NCBI GenBank assembly: GCA_964506465.1
Contig: CAZDLM010000002.1
Location: 92,636 to 156,635, forward strand
Direction of reading: 5' to 3'
Length of the DNA: 64,000 bases
Source of the DNA: an uncultured Syntrophaceae bacterium
GTDB taxonomy: Bacteria > Desulfobacterota > Syntrophia > Syntrophales > UBA6109
Shown: positions 9,772 through 19,896 of the stretch, piece after piece
Position numbering within the stretch: position 1 is the stretch's first letter
How the letters are laid out: every line of letters starts with the position of its first letter
Position numbers and translations under genes: made by a program
The notes under the pieces: generated by a model
What the model was told of the DNA's origin: nothing
The model's database searches: none
The model's input: the letters and a program-made list of their open reading frames with translations, nothing else

Positions 9772-9822
9772 GGACCCGGCGGCTTCTCTTGACAGGATCT
9801 AAAGGGGGCTTATATTAGGGTC

Positions 9823-9908
9823 AAACCTCGTCACTAGGCCATAGAGGCCGATTCGGCATTCCACGGACGTGGAATCAACCGGTATAAAAAAGTGGACGAG
9901 GTTTTTTT
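9823..9908 (+). terminator. Large branched stem-loop followed by a T7 run; probable intrinsic terminator of the respiratory operon or a small structured RNA
   Basis: Outer stem AAACCTCGTC (9823-9832) pairs perfectly with GACGAGGTTT (9895-9904), followed by TTTTTTT to 9908. Inner hairpins GCCG-ATT-CGGC (9847-9857) and ATTCCAC-GGAC-GTGGAAT (9858-9875). Confidence 0.45.
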
Positions 9909-9960
9909 ATGTCCGGAGAGCGCGCAAGACGCGCGGCCGGGGAAAAGGGGGGATGTTCCC

Positions 9961-10656
9961 ATGAATCGCATCGTTATCGTGACCGGATCGACACGAGGGA
10001 TCGGCTACGCCACGGCGGCCGAGTTTTTGAAACACGGGGACCGCGTTGTCGTCTTGTGCCGTCACCGCAATCACGTCGAGAAGGCCCTGAAGGAGCTGAC
10101 GGCTTCCGGCAAGAAGGAAGACGTCCTGGGTCTGGTCGCCGATATTCGGAAGCCCAAAGACGTCGGAAGAATCGTCGATCAGGTCCTGGAGCATTTCGGC
10201 CGGATCGATGTCCTCGTCAACAACGCCGGCGTTGCCGTTTACAAACCGATCGAGGAGACGACGGACGACGATTGGGACCGGATTCTCGACACCAATCTCA
10301 AGGGCACATTCCTGTTCCTCCGGCGGGTGCTCCCGGTGATGCGCAAACAGCGAAAAGGGATCATCGTCAACATCTCGTCCGGACTCGGCGTTGAGGGGAT
10401 GGCCGGTTTCTCGGCCTACTGCGCATCGAAATTCGGCGTCGTGGGGCTGACGAAGGTGATCGCCGACGAGGTGGATCTCCCCGGGATCAAGGTCTACGCG
10501 GTGCTTCCCGGCGCTGTGGACACGACGCTCGTCGCCGGCAGCGGCCTCGAAATGGATCCCGCCGACCTGCTGAAGCCCGAATACCTGGCCCGCCGCATCT
10601 TCGCCGTCGCCGAAGGGAAAGCCTCTTCCGGCTCTCTGGTCGAAGTCTATTCCTGA
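9961..10656 (+). CDS. Short-chain dehydrogenase/reductase (SDR) family oxidoreductase
   Basis: ORF 9892..10656 trimmed to ATG 9961. TGSTRGIGYA cofactor motif, NNAG and catalytic YCASK. Confidence 0.85.
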   Translation: MNRIVIVTGSTRGIGYATAAEFLKHGDRVVVLCRHRNHVEKALKELTASGKKEDVLGLVADIRKPKDVGRIVDQVLEHFGRIDVLVNNAGVAVYKPIEETTDDDWDRILDTNLKGTFLFLRRVLPVMRKQRKGIIVNISSGLGVEGMAGFSAYCASKFGVVGLTKVIADEVDLPGIKVYAVLPGAVDTTLVAGSGLEMDPADLLKPEYLARRIFAVAEGKASSGSLVEVYS

Positions 10657-13600
10657 GGGCTGGCCCGGCGTTCGGCCGGCGCTCTCTTCCCCGCGCGGTC
10701 CGCGGCCAGCAGTTGATACATGGCCGGCACGACGAAGAGGGTGAAGAGCGTCCCGATTGCAATGCCGGCCATGATGACCAGCCCCATGTTGTAGCGCCCC
10801 TCCGCCCCGGCCCCCGAAGCCGTGACCAGGGGCAGGACCCCCAGCACCATCGCCGCCGTCGTCATCAGGATCGGCCGCAGGCGGATGCTTGCCGCCGCTT
10901 CGATGGCCTCCTGCTTTGCGACCCCTTCATTCTGCAGATCGTTGGCGAACCGGACGATCAGGATGCCGTGCTTGCTGATGAGGCCGATGAGGGTGACAAG
11001 CCCGACGTCGGTATAGATGTTGAGGCTCGCGCCGCCGATGCCCAGATAGATGAAGATCATCGCCCCGCAGATGGACATGGGCACGCTGATGAGGACGATG
11101 AAGGGGTCGCGGAAGCTCTCGAACAGGGCCGCCAGGGTCAGGAAGATGATGATGAGCGCAAAGAAGAACGTCACCAGCAGGGCCTGCGATTCCGTAACGA
11201 ACTGCCGCGACTGGCCCGCGTAATCGACGTTGTAGCCCTGCGGGAGAATTTCCTTCGATATCCTGTTGAGACCCTCCAGGGCTTCGCCGAGCGTCACGCC
11301 GGGGGCCGGAACGGCCGAGATCTTGGCGGCGTTGAGCTGCTGGAAGTGGTTCAGGGCCTCCGGCACCACCGACGTCTTGAGGCGCACGATGGTGGACAGG
11401 GGGACCGACGCCCCGCTCGCCGTTCGGAAGGTGTAATCCGGCAGTTGCGACGCGTTCAGCCGGCTCTGCTGCATCACCTGAGGAATCACCTTGTAGGAAC
11501 GTCCGGCGAGGTCGAAATAGTTGATGTATCCTCCGCCCAGCATGGACGCCAGGGCGGAGCCCACATCGCGGAGGCTCAGCCCCAACTGCGCCGTCTTCTC
11601 CCGGTCGATTTCCAGGACCACCTGCGGCCGGTCGATCTTCAGGTCGCAGTCCGCATAGGCGAAGAGGCCGCTTTTCACGGCCCGCTCCAGCAGGGCCTGC
11701 GACACCTCGTTGAGGCGGTCGAAGCCCTCCGTCGTGCAGACCAGGAACTGCACGGGCAGTCCGGTGGAGCCGGGGAGGGGCGGCCGCAGAAACGACACGA
11801 CCTGCGCCCCCGAAATCCCGCCGAGGCGCCTCTGGATCTCCGGGTTCAGTTCCATGGTCGTCCGCTTCCGTTCATCCCAGGGTTTCAATACCATGCCCGC
11901 GACGCCCGAGTTGAGGCCGCTGATGCCGTCGAGCTGGAAGATGTGTCCCGTCTCCGGATAGCTCCGGAAGAGTTCGAAGACCTGCCGGCTGTTGAGCTGC
12001 GTCTGCTCCAGCGTCGCGTTGGGCGCGGTCGTGATCAGGGAGATGATGATCCCCTGGTCCTCCTGCGGCGCCAGCTCGTTCTTCGCACCGACGAAGAGAA
12101 AATAGTTGCTCCCGAGGATGATAACGGCAAAAACGAGCGCCGCCGGCAGATTGCCGAGGACGCCGCGGAGCATCTTTGCATAGCGCTGGCGGATCTGCTC
12201 GAAGCGGTCGTTGACGAACATCTCGAAACGGTTGTGGACGCCCTCGCGGGCCCCCTTGAGGAAGCGCGAGCACATCATCGGCGAGAGCGTCAATGCGACC
12301 ACGGCCGAGACGGCGACCGCGCCGGCGAGGGTATAGGCGAATTCCTTGAAAAGCGCGCCCGTGAGGCCGCCCATGAAACCGATCGGAACATAGACGGCGA
12401 CCAGCACCACCGAGATGGCGATGATCGGCTGCGCCAGTTCCCGGGCGCCCTCGATCGCCGCGTCCAGCGGCGGCAGGCCGCCTTCCATGTGGCGGTGCGT
12501 GTTCTCGACGACGATGATCGCGTCGTCGACGACGAGTCCGATCGCGAGCACCAGGGCGAGCAGCGTCAGCAGGTTGATCGTGTACCCGAAGACGAACATG
12601 ATGAAGAAGGCCCCGATGAGCGACAGCGGCATGGCGATCGTCGGGATGACCACCGAACGGAAGGAGGCCAGGAAAAGGAAGATCACCAGCGTGACGATGA
12701 CCAGCGCCTCCACCAGCGTCTGGCTCACCTCCCGGATCGAACTGTTCACGTACTTTGTGGCATCGTAGACGATCCGCCCCTCCAGCCCCTCGGGCAGTTG
12801 CGCTTCGATCGGCGGGAAGGCCTTGCGCACGCTGTCGATCACCGTGAGGAGATTCGCGCTGGGCGCCACCCGGATGCCGATATAGGTAGCGCGGTTCCCG
12901 TCGAAGGCGACCGCCATGTCGTAGTCTTCGGCGCCGAGCAGGACATTGGCCACATCTCCGAGCCGGACGACGGCGCCGTCTTTCGCTTTGATGATGAGGT
13001 CGCGGAACTCGTCGGCCGAATGGAGCGTCGTATCGGCCTGCAGGTTCACGGTGACCATCTGACCCTGGGTCCGCCCGATGGCGGAGATATAGTCGTTGTT
13101 GGCCAGCGCCGTCCTCACATCCGTGCCGGTCAGGCCGTAGGCGCTCATCTTCTCGGGATCGAGCCACGCGCGCAGCGCGAAACGCCGCGAACCGAGGACT
13201 TCCGCAGTCTGCACGCCTTCGATGGCCTGCAGCTTCGGCTGCACCGCCCGGATCAGGTAGTCGGTAATCCGGTTGCTCGTCATGACCTTGCTGTAGAATC
13301 CGATGTACATCGACATGATCGTTTCGCCGATCGCGACCGTGATGACGGGCTGCTGGGAATCCGTCGGAAGCTGGTTCAGGACGGCATTGACCTTGGTATT
13401 GATCTCCGTAAGGGCGCTGTTCGGATCGTAGTTGAGGCGGAGAAAGGCCTGGATGACGCTCGAATTCTGCGTGCTGGTCGAGACGAGATAATCGATTCCG
13501 TTGGCCTGGGCGATGGAGTTCTCCAGCGGCGTCGTGATGAAGCCGGCGATGACGGACGGATCGGCGCCCGTATAGACGGTTGTCACCGTCACCACGGCGT

Positions 13601-13724
13601 TCTGGGTAAAGGGGAATTCGCGCACCGCCAGGAGTTCGATGGAGCGGATCCCCAGGACGATGATGAACAGGTTGATCACGATGGCCAGGACGGGGCGCCG
13701 TATGAAGAGATCGGTGAAATGCAT
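10647..13724 (-). CDS. RND (HAE1-type) multidrug efflux permease
   Basis: 1025 aa. N-terminus MHFTDLFIRRPVLAIVINLFI. 12-TM/two-large-loop architecture with AcrB/MdtB-like stretches throughout. Confidence 0.95.
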   Translation of the reverse strand: MHFTDLFIRRPVLAIVINLFIIVLGIRSIELLAVREFPFTQNAVVTVTTVYTGADPSVIAGFITTPLENSIAQANGIDYLVSTSTQNSSVIQAFLRLNYDPNSALTEINTKVNAVLNQLPTDSQQPVITVAIGETIMSMYIGFYSKVMTSNRITDYLIRAVQPKLQAIEGVQTAEVLGSRRFALRAWLDPEKMSAYGLTGTDVRTALANNDYISAIGRTQGQMVTVNLQADTTLHSADEFRDLIIKAKDGAVVRLGDVANVLLGAEDYDMAVAFDGNRATYIGIRVAPSANLLTVIDSVRKAFPPIEAQLPEGLEGRIVYDATKYVNSSIREVSQTLVEALVIVTLVIFLFLASFRSVVIPTIAMPLSLIGAFFIMFVFGYTINLLTLLALVLAIGLVVDDAIIVVENTHRHMEGGLPPLDAAIEGARELAQPIIAISVVLVAVYVPIGFMGGLTGALFKEFAYTLAGAVAVSAVVALTLSPMMCSRFLKGAREGVHNRFEMFVNDRFEQIRQRYAKMLRGVLGNLPAALVFAVIILGSNYFLFVGAKNELAPQEDQGIIISLITTAPNATLEQTQLNSRQVFELFRSYPETGHIFQLDGISGLNSGVAGMVLKPWDERKRTTMELNPEIQRRLGGISGAQVVSFLRPPLPGSTGLPVQFLVCTTEGFDRLNEVSQALLERAVKSGLFAYADCDLKIDRPQVVLEIDREKTAQLGLSLRDVGSALASMLGGGYINYFDLAGRSYKVIPQVMQQSRLNASQLPDYTFRTASGASVPLSTIVRLKTSVVPEALNHFQQLNAAKISAVPAPGVTLGEALEGLNRISKEILPQGYNVDYAGQSRQFVTESQALLVTFFFALIIIFLTLAALFESFRDPFIVLISVPMSICGAMIFIYLGIGGASLNIYTDVGLVTLIGLISKHGILIVRFANDLQNEGVAKQEAIEAAASIRLRPILMTTAAMVLGVLPLVTASGAGAEGRYNMGLVIMAGIAIGTLFTLFVVPAMYQLLAADRAGKRAPAERRASPQE

Positions 13725-13740
13725 AGGGTTTCCTTGCGCC

Positions 13741-14895
13741 TTACTGGTCCACCGGTTTGGGGGCGGCGTCGTTTGCAGGCTGAACCTTGTTGTCGATGAT
13801 CACCTCGCTGCCCGGCTTGAGCTTGAGCTGGCCGCTCGTGACCACGGTGTCGTCCTTTCCGATGCCGCTCAGAACGGCGACCTGGTCGCCGCGGGTCGGT
13901 CCGGCGGTCACGAACACTTGCCGGACCGTCAGGACCGGCTTGCCGTCGGCGCCTTTGCCGCTCTCCTGAACAACGAAGACGGTCTCCCCGTAGGAATTGT
14001 AGCTGATGGCCGTCTGGGGCAGCGTCAGGTAGTCTCTGGCGGCCCCGACGCGGACGCTGACGGACGCGAACATTCCCGGCAGCAGTTGCCGCCCGGGGTT
14101 GGGAAGGGTCGCCTCCACGGCGACGTTGCGCGTATCCGTTTCCACCTTCGGATTGATCGTGCTGATCCGGCCGCCGAAGCTCCGCCCCGGATATGCATCC
14201 GTCGTGGCGGCAACCGCCTGCCCCGGAGAAATCCTCGCCAGTTCCTGCTGGGGCAGGAAGAAATCGATGTACAGGGTGTCAAGGGATTGGAGGGTGACGA
14301 TCCCGTCCCCGGCCTTGATATACTGCCCCGGATTGACGGCACTGACTCCCAGCCGCCCGGCAAAGGGGGCGCGGATCGTCTTCTTTTCGACGATTGCCGC
14401 CTGCTGGGCGACTTGTGCCCTCCTGCCCTTGAGATCTGCGGCATCGGCGTCGAGGGTCGCCTGGCTGACGGCCTGCACGTCAGCCTGCTTCCGATCCCGG
14501 TCATAGACGACCTGCGCCAGCTCCGCCGCCGCTTCAAGGGAACGGAGCTGGGCAATGTCCGCATCCGCGTTGAGCTGCACCAGCGCCTGCCCCGCCTTGA
14601 CCTCTTCGCCCGGACGGAAATGCACCCGGCTCACAAGACCGTCCACTTCGCTGGTCACCTCGACGCCCTTCACGGCCCGAAGGGTGCCGACGGCCTTCAG
14701 TTCGGACCGCCAGGAGAGCGTCTCGGCCTTGCGTGCCGTGACGGTGACGGCCGGCGGTTTCATGGAAGCCATGGATTGGCGGATCATCCGGGCCTGGAAG
14801 GCCTTGTAGCCGAAGATGCCGCCGAATACGAGGCCCACGACAGCGAGCATGAGGATCATGCCGAGGACCTTCTTTCCGCTGATTTTCCAGTTCAT
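13741..14895 (-). CDS. RND efflux periplasmic adaptor (membrane fusion protein)
   Basis: ORF 13741..15336 trimmed to ATG (complement 14893-14895), which overlaps the upstream stop (ATGA). N-terminal TM anchor, coiled-coil hairpin and beta-barrel regions typical of the HlyD/AcrA family. Confidence 0.9.
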   Translation of the reverse strand: MNWKISGKKVLGMILMLAVVGLVFGGIFGYKAFQARMIRQSMASMKPPAVTVTARKAETLSWRSELKAVGTLRAVKGVEVTSEVDGLVSRVHFRPGEEVKAGQALVQLNADADIAQLRSLEAAAELAQVVYDRDRKQADVQAVSQATLDADAADLKGRRAQVAQQAAIVEKKTIRAPFAGRLGVSAVNPGQYIKAGDGIVTLQSLDTLYIDFFLPQQELARISPGQAVAATTDAYPGRSFGGRISTINPKVETDTRNVAVEATLPNPGRQLLPGMFASVSVRVGAARDYLTLPQTAISYNSYGETVFVVQESGKGADGKPVLTVRQVFVTAGPTRGDQVAVLSGIGKDDTVVTSGQLKLKPGSEVIIDNKVQPANDAAPKPVDQ

Positions 14896-16430
14896 CTTCC
14901 CTGCTCCTTGGCGGCTTTGCCGACTGCGGCCCCGTCCGTCGCCGGCCGGTTCCACCACCCGCCCCCCATCGCCTGGAAGAGCGCGGCCGTGTCGGCAAAA
15001 CGCGCCGCCTGCGCGCGGACCAGCCCGATCCGCGCCGCCTGTTGCTGACTCTGCGCATTGAGCAGCGAGAGATAACTCACCGCACCCAGTTCGAATTGCG
15101 CGCGGGTGAGATCGAGGGCGTCCTGCGCCGTCCGGTCGGCCTCCGCCTGCGCCGCAAGCGCGCGCGCATCCGCCTCCAGCGCGCGCAGCACATCCGCGAC
15201 GTCCCGGAAGGACTCCAGAACCGTCTCCCGGTACTGCGCCACGGCCTGATCGTATACGGCGATGGCGGCGCGGCGCTGCGCCGTCAGGGTTCCGCCGCGA
15301 AAAACAGGCTGCAGAAGTCCTGCACCGAAATTCCAAAGGGTGGACGAACTGTCGAAGAGTCCGCCGACCGTATCGGCGGCAGTTCCGAAGCGGCCCGTCA
15401 GCGTGATCTGCGGGTAGAGGTTGGCCGTCGCCGCACCCACCCCGGCGCTCGCGGCATGGAGCAGCGCCTCCGCGGCCCGGATATCGGGACGTTGGCGCAC
15501 CAGGGAAGACGGCAGGCTGACCGGCAGCCGCTCGGGCAGGATCATCTCGTCGAGCTCAAATGCGGGCAGTGCGGCCTCGCCGGGGAACCGGCCGACCAGC
15601 ACGGCCAACTGATGGCGCGTCTGCTCCAGGTCCCTTTCCAGAGGCGGCAGGGTCGCCCGAGTCTGCGCCACCTGCGTCTGCTGCGCCAGGAGATCGGAGC
15701 GGGATGCGCCTCCGAGCCGAAGACGGAGGCCGACCAGTTCGAGCTGTTTTTCCTGCGCCGCGAGAATTTCACGGGTCGCCCGGATCTGCGACCGCAGGGA
15801 TGCCTCCTTCACCGCCGTCGTGACCACGTTGGCGGTGAGCGCGATATGGGCGCCCTCCAGTTGAAATTGCCGGTATTCGATCTCGGATTCGAGGGCCTCC
15901 AGGCGGCGTCGCGTGCCGCCGAAGAGATCGAGGGAATAGGAGACGCTCACCGACGCGTTGAAAAGATTGAAGGCGCCCCTGTCGGCGTCTGGCTGTCCGA
16001 GCGAAGCCCCCGAGATCTTCTGGCGTGAGGCTGACGTCTCGGCATCCACGCTCGGGAAGAGCGCACCGAATTGAGCGCTGCGGTTTTCCTGGGCCTCGCG
16101 GATGCGCGCCTGTGCAAGTGCCAGGGTCGGGCTCCCGGCGAGGGCCTCGCGGATCAGTTTGTCGAGGGAGGGGGAAGAAAACAGCGTCCACCATTCCGCG
16201 GGGATGTCCTGTCCGGAAACGAATCGCTGCGAAGCACCTGCCGCGACCGCCGCGGCAGCCGTTTCCGCGGGCAGCGGCGTCGGAGTGTAGACTCCGGTGG
16301 CCGGAGGGGCGGGAGAATGGAAATCGGGACCGACGGCCGCGCATCCGGTGAGCACGATGGCCGCGGTCACGGCCGCGAAGATCGTTCGCAATGATGCAGG
16401 AAGTTTCACCGTTGTATGCTGACCTCTCAC
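14892..16430 (-). CDS. Outer-membrane efflux factor lipoprotein (NodT/OprM family)
   Basis: Lipobox IVLTGCAAVGPDF. Duplicated TolC-like helical repeats. Start uncertain: GTG at 16430 or GTG at 16409. Confidence 0.9.
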   Translation of the reverse strand: MRGQHTTVKLPASLRTIFAAVTAAIVLTGCAAVGPDFHSPAPPATGVYTPTPLPAETAAAAVAAGASQRFVSGQDIPAEWWTLFSSPSLDKLIREALAGSPTLALAQARIREAQENRSAQFGALFPSVDAETSASRQKISGASLGQPDADRGAFNLFNASVSVSYSLDLFGGTRRRLEALESEIEYRQFQLEGAHIALTANVVTTAVKEASLRSQIRATREILAAQEKQLELVGLRLRLGGASRSDLLAQQTQVAQTRATLPPLERDLEQTRHQLAVLVGRFPGEAALPAFELDEMILPERLPVSLPSSLVRQRPDIRAAEALLHAASAGVGAATANLYPQITLTGRFGTAADTVGGLFDSSSTLWNFGAGLLQPVFRGGTLTAQRRAAIAVYDQAVAQYRETVLESFRDVADVLRALEADARALAAQAEADRTAQDALDLTRAQFELGAVSYLSLLNAQSQQQAARIGLVRAQAARFADTAALFQAMGGGWWNRPATDGAAVGKAAKEQGR

Positions 16431-16812
16431 CCGTCGACTTTGACGGAGACTGCCCGGATTCTTGCCGGATCTTCCGATTGGGCCACACGGGACCTAGCCG
16501 CCCTTCTAAAGGTAATTCACCTTGACGGACGCGACAACGGGCGAACATCTATGAATTGTTGGCGGGGTGCACCTATGGACATCCCGGCGGGGAAAGGAGT
16601 CTTTTCGCCGTCTGCCGGCGGCGGTGCACGCGGGCGCTCCGCCGAGTGCGGGACGGAATATCGCAGCCGCCGCGGGACCGGCGGGAAGACAAGAACCGTC
16701 CGGCGTCTTTCTCCGCCCGGACGGCTTCCCTCCTGACCGGACCGGTTTCCTGACGCTTTTCAAGATTACACCGGTAGTCTTTCCTCACCAATTTTCCTCC
16801 ATTCAAACCTCA

Positions 16813-16841
16813 TTGATAAAACGCCCTCCGCGCCCTACATT
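16813..16841 (+). promoter_or_regulatory. Candidate sigma70-type promoter for the porin-like gene
   Basis: TTGATA (16813-16818), 17-nt spacer, TACATT (16836-16841), about 70 nt upstream of ATG 16913. Confidence 0.35.
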
Positions 16842-16912
16842 TTTAGAAAAGCCGGCAATCCCTGATTCCATGCGGGTTCGGAAGCCGGTCTTCAAACAAG
16901 GCGGAAAGGAGA

Positions 16913-18202
16913 ATGGCGATGTTTCGGCGAAAGAGCTTTTGCGCGCTCATGCTGGCGATGGCGTTTCTGCTCGTCTTGGGCGGTCTGAGTCCTCTGCAGT
17001 CGGCGGAGTCGGACATGTCGCGTCTGATCAATCTGCTGAAGAGCAAGAACATCCTGACCCAGCAGGAGGCGGACTCCTTGATGACCGAGCTGAACGCCAC
17101 CAAGCAGAAGGAACGCGAGCAAGTGAAGACGGCGGTGAAGGAGGAGGTGAAAGAGGCGGCCGGCAAGGGCGAATTCCTGCCGCCGGCACTGAAGGGCTTC
17201 AAGTTCGGCACGACCATCTATGGGGAGTGGAACAACAAGACGACGGACAACGTCGGTTCCACGAATTCATTCAACCTGAACCGGGCCTATCTCACCCTGA
17301 CCAAGGACGTGAATGACTGGCTGGCGATGAATGTCACGGCCGATCTCTTCACGTCCGTCGATGCGGACGACAACCGGAACGGCCTGGAGTTGCGGCTGAA
17401 ATACGCCTATGCCAACCTGAATCTCTTCGGTACGGCAACCCAGCTCGGCATGATTCCCACCCCCTCCGACGCCTACGATTCCGCCATCTGGCCCTATCGC
17501 GCGCAGGGACCGAATTTCTTCGACGGCCAGGGGATCCTATCCACCTCCGACCTCGGCGCTTCGATCCAGGGCCCCATCGGCGGTTATCTGGATGAGAGTT
17601 ACCTGAAGTACGCATCCAAGCAGTTTGCCGGCAAATGGGGCGGATACTTCGTCGGCATTTACAACGGTCCGGGCTACACCAATACGGAGAACAACAACAA
17701 CAAGGTCGTGTCCGGACTGGCCTATGTCCGCCCGTTCCCCACAATGCCCACTCTGCGGGGGCTGCAGTTGGCCTACACGGGATCCTATGGAAAGAGCAAC
17801 ACGACCTTCGCCGCCGGCTCCGGCGTCGTCACGGACTATCCCGATTTCCGGGCCAACATCGCCCAGGCGTCCTTCCAGCATGAGTACTTCACGGTCATGG
17901 GTCAATACTATTGGGGGAAGGGAATGGCGACTTCGTCCGAGGAGAATGACCGCAAGGGTTATCTGGTGGATGCCTTTATGCGCATTCCGACATTGGAAAA
18001 GCTCAGGGTGTTCGGAAAGTACTCTTTCTACGATCCCAATACGGACCGGTCCAACGGCTACAAGACGTATGTCGCCGGCCTGTCCTACGACGTGTCTTCG
18101 GAGTTCATGCCGTTCGTTGCCTTTGAGCAGCGGATCTTCGACTCGGCCGCCGGAGGAAACGACTATGACAAGTATCAGGTCGGCTTTCAGTTGAAATTCT
18201 AG
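16913..18202 (+). CDS. Putative outer-membrane porin-like beta-barrel protein
   Basis: AAGGAG RBS and signal peptide ending LQSA-E. N-terminal coiled segment, then alternating-hydrophobicity strands. C-terminal YQVGFQLKF with terminal Phe, typical of OMPs; resembles OprO/P-type porins. Confidence 0.7.
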   Translation: MAMFRRKSFCALMLAMAFLLVLGGLSPLQSAESDMSRLINLLKSKNILTQQEADSLMTELNATKQKEREQVKTAVKEEVKEAAGKGEFLPPALKGFKFGTTIYGEWNNKTTDNVGSTNSFNLNRAYLTLTKDVNDWLAMNVTADLFTSVDADDNRNGLELRLKYAYANLNLFGTATQLGMIPTPSDAYDSAIWPYRAQGPNFFDGQGILSTSDLGASIQGPIGGYLDESYLKYASKQFAGKWGGYFVGIYNGPGYTNTENNNNKVVSGLAYVRPFPTMPTLRGLQLAYTGSYGKSNTTFAAGSGVVTDYPDFRANIAQASFQHEYFTVMGQYYWGKGMATSSEENDRKGYLVDAFMRIPTLEKLRVFGKYSFYDPNTDRSNGYKTYVAGLSYDVSSEFMPFVAFEQRIFDSAAGGNDYDKYQVGFQLKF

Positions 18203-18368
18203 GGTCCCCTATGCCCCTCCCCAGCGACGGAGCCCGATTTGTCGGGACCGCCGCTGCCCCCCGGCGGGGTCTCCGCGAAGAGGCCCCGCTGCAAGGGGGA
18301 GGCGAGCTCGTTCGGGGCATGTTCCGCTTCCGGCCTTTCCCGGAAGCGCTCTGCAAACGGAGGTTCTT

Positions 18369-19808
18369 ATGTCGATATCCATCCGCCGCGGCGGGCTGTG
18401 CCGTCTCCTTTCCCGGACATTATGGCTGGGGGCGCTGCTCCTGTCCTTCCATGCTTCTCCCGCCCTCGCGGCGGAGAGGACGCAGAACTTCGATCTCAGC
18501 ACGGCCATCGTGCAGGTGGCGAAGCAGGTCATCCCCTCCGTGGCGCATGTCGAAGTGACGGAGAGCCGGGAGGTGGCCAACCCCCTGCTGCCCTTCGCGG
18601 ATGACCCGCTTTTCCGGCGCTTCTTCAACGTTCCGCAGATGCCGAAGAAATTCAAACGTGAGACGAAGGGCCTCGGGACGGGCATCATCATCGACGTCCA
18701 GGGCCACATCGTGACCAATCACCACGTGGCGGGCGGGGCGACCAAGATCGAAGTGGTGCTTTCCAACGGAGACCGGTATCCCGCCAAACTTGTCGGCACG
18801 GATCCGAAAACCGATCTGGCCGTGATCAAGATTTCCGCAAAGGGTCCCGTGCCCTACGCGACCTTCGGAGATTCGGACAAGGTCGAGGTGGGCGAGTGGG
18901 TCGTGGCGATCGGGCATCCTCGCGGTCTGGACCAGACCGTCACCCAGGGGATCATCAGCGCGAAGCATCGCGCCGGAATCGCGGATCCCGGCAGTTATCA
19001 GGATTTCCTGCAGACCGATGCCGCGATCAATCCCGGGAACAGCGGCGGCCCGCTGCTGAATCTGCGTGGAGAAGTCATCGGGGTCAACGCCGTGATCGTC
19101 TCCCAATCGGGAGGCTTCGAGGGGATCGGCTTCACCATCCCCAGCAACATGGCCCTCTACGTCTCCAAGGCGCTGATCGCCCATGGGAAGGTGGTCCGCG
19201 GCTGGGCGGGCGTCAGCATCCAGGATTTGACTCCGGAGCTTGCCAAGACCGCCCGCGCCGAATCCGTGAAGGGCGTTTACATTGCCGAAGTGGTCAAGGG
19301 TGGACCGGCGGAGAAGGCGGGGATCCGGAAGGGCGACGTGCTGACCGCCTACGGGGGAAAGGACATTGCCGACTCCGTCGCCCTGCGGAACGCCGTCGCG
19401 GCGACGCCGGTCGGACAGGACATGAAGGCAGCAATTCTGCGCGACGGGAAGAAAATGGAACTGACGATCCGGATCGAGAATCTCGAAATGATGGCGAAGG
19501 CCCTGGCCGCCGATATCAAGGAACGCCTCGGCGTGGAAGTGAGGGCCGTATCGCTCGCAGAGGCGAAGAAGTACAATCTCGACGACAGGCAGGGCGTGGT
19601 CATCACCGCCCTGCAGGCGCCGGGATCCCTGGGCGACGCGGGGTTCGAGGTGGGAGATATCATCCTGGGCATCAACAATCAGCCGATCACCGATCTGGAT
19701 ACCTTCGTCCAGCTCGCAAGCGCGCTGAAACCGAATTCGAAGATCATCCTTCTGGCACTCGATCACCGGACCGGGAACATGGGGAACGTCGAGGTGTCGG
19801 TCAAATGA
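18369..19808 (+). CDS. htrA: Periplasmic serine endoprotease DegP/HtrA (Do family), two PDZ domains
   Basis: Signal peptide. Catalytic region TNHHV ... TDLAVIK ... GNSGGPLLNLRGEVIGVN. Two PDZ-like segments follow. Confidence 0.9.
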   Translation: MSISIRRGGLCRLLSRTLWLGALLLSFHASPALAAERTQNFDLSTAIVQVAKQVIPSVAHVEVTESREVANPLLPFADDPLFRRFFNVPQMPKKFKRETKGLGTGIIIDVQGHIVTNHHVAGGATKIEVVLSNGDRYPAKLVGTDPKTDLAVIKISAKGPVPYATFGDSDKVEVGEWVVAIGHPRGLDQTVTQGIISAKHRAGIADPGSYQDFLQTDAAINPGNSGGPLLNLRGEVIGVNAVIVSQSGGFEGIGFTIPSNMALYVSKALIAHGKVVRGWAGVSIQDLTPELAKTARAESVKGVYIAEVVKGGPAEKAGIRKGDVLTAYGGKDIADSVALRNAVAATPVGQDMKAAILRDGKKMELTIRIENLEMMAKALAADIKERLGVEVRAVSLAEAKKYNLDDRQGVVITALQAPGSLGDAGFEVGDIILGINNQPITDLDTFVQLASALKPNSKIILLALDHRTGNMGNVEVSVK

Positions 19809-19896
19809 CCGGCCGGCGGACCGGGATAGAGGGTGATGCGGGCGGCAGACCGCCTCGTGCGACGGCTGCCCCTGCGCTCATCGCTTGCGGGGCGTC

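Noticed and set aside
8859-9818. 319-aa + strand ORF overlapping ctaB in another frame
   Set aside because: Arg/Gly/Pro-rich composition. The ctaB frame carries the UbiA prenyltransferase motif and the membrane helices.
10713-13799. 1028-aa ORF on the + strand
   Set aside because: Exactly antisense to the RND permease. Its translation is Arg/Asp/Gly/His-rich low-complexity sequence with no motif, the usual long open antisense frame of GC-rich genes.
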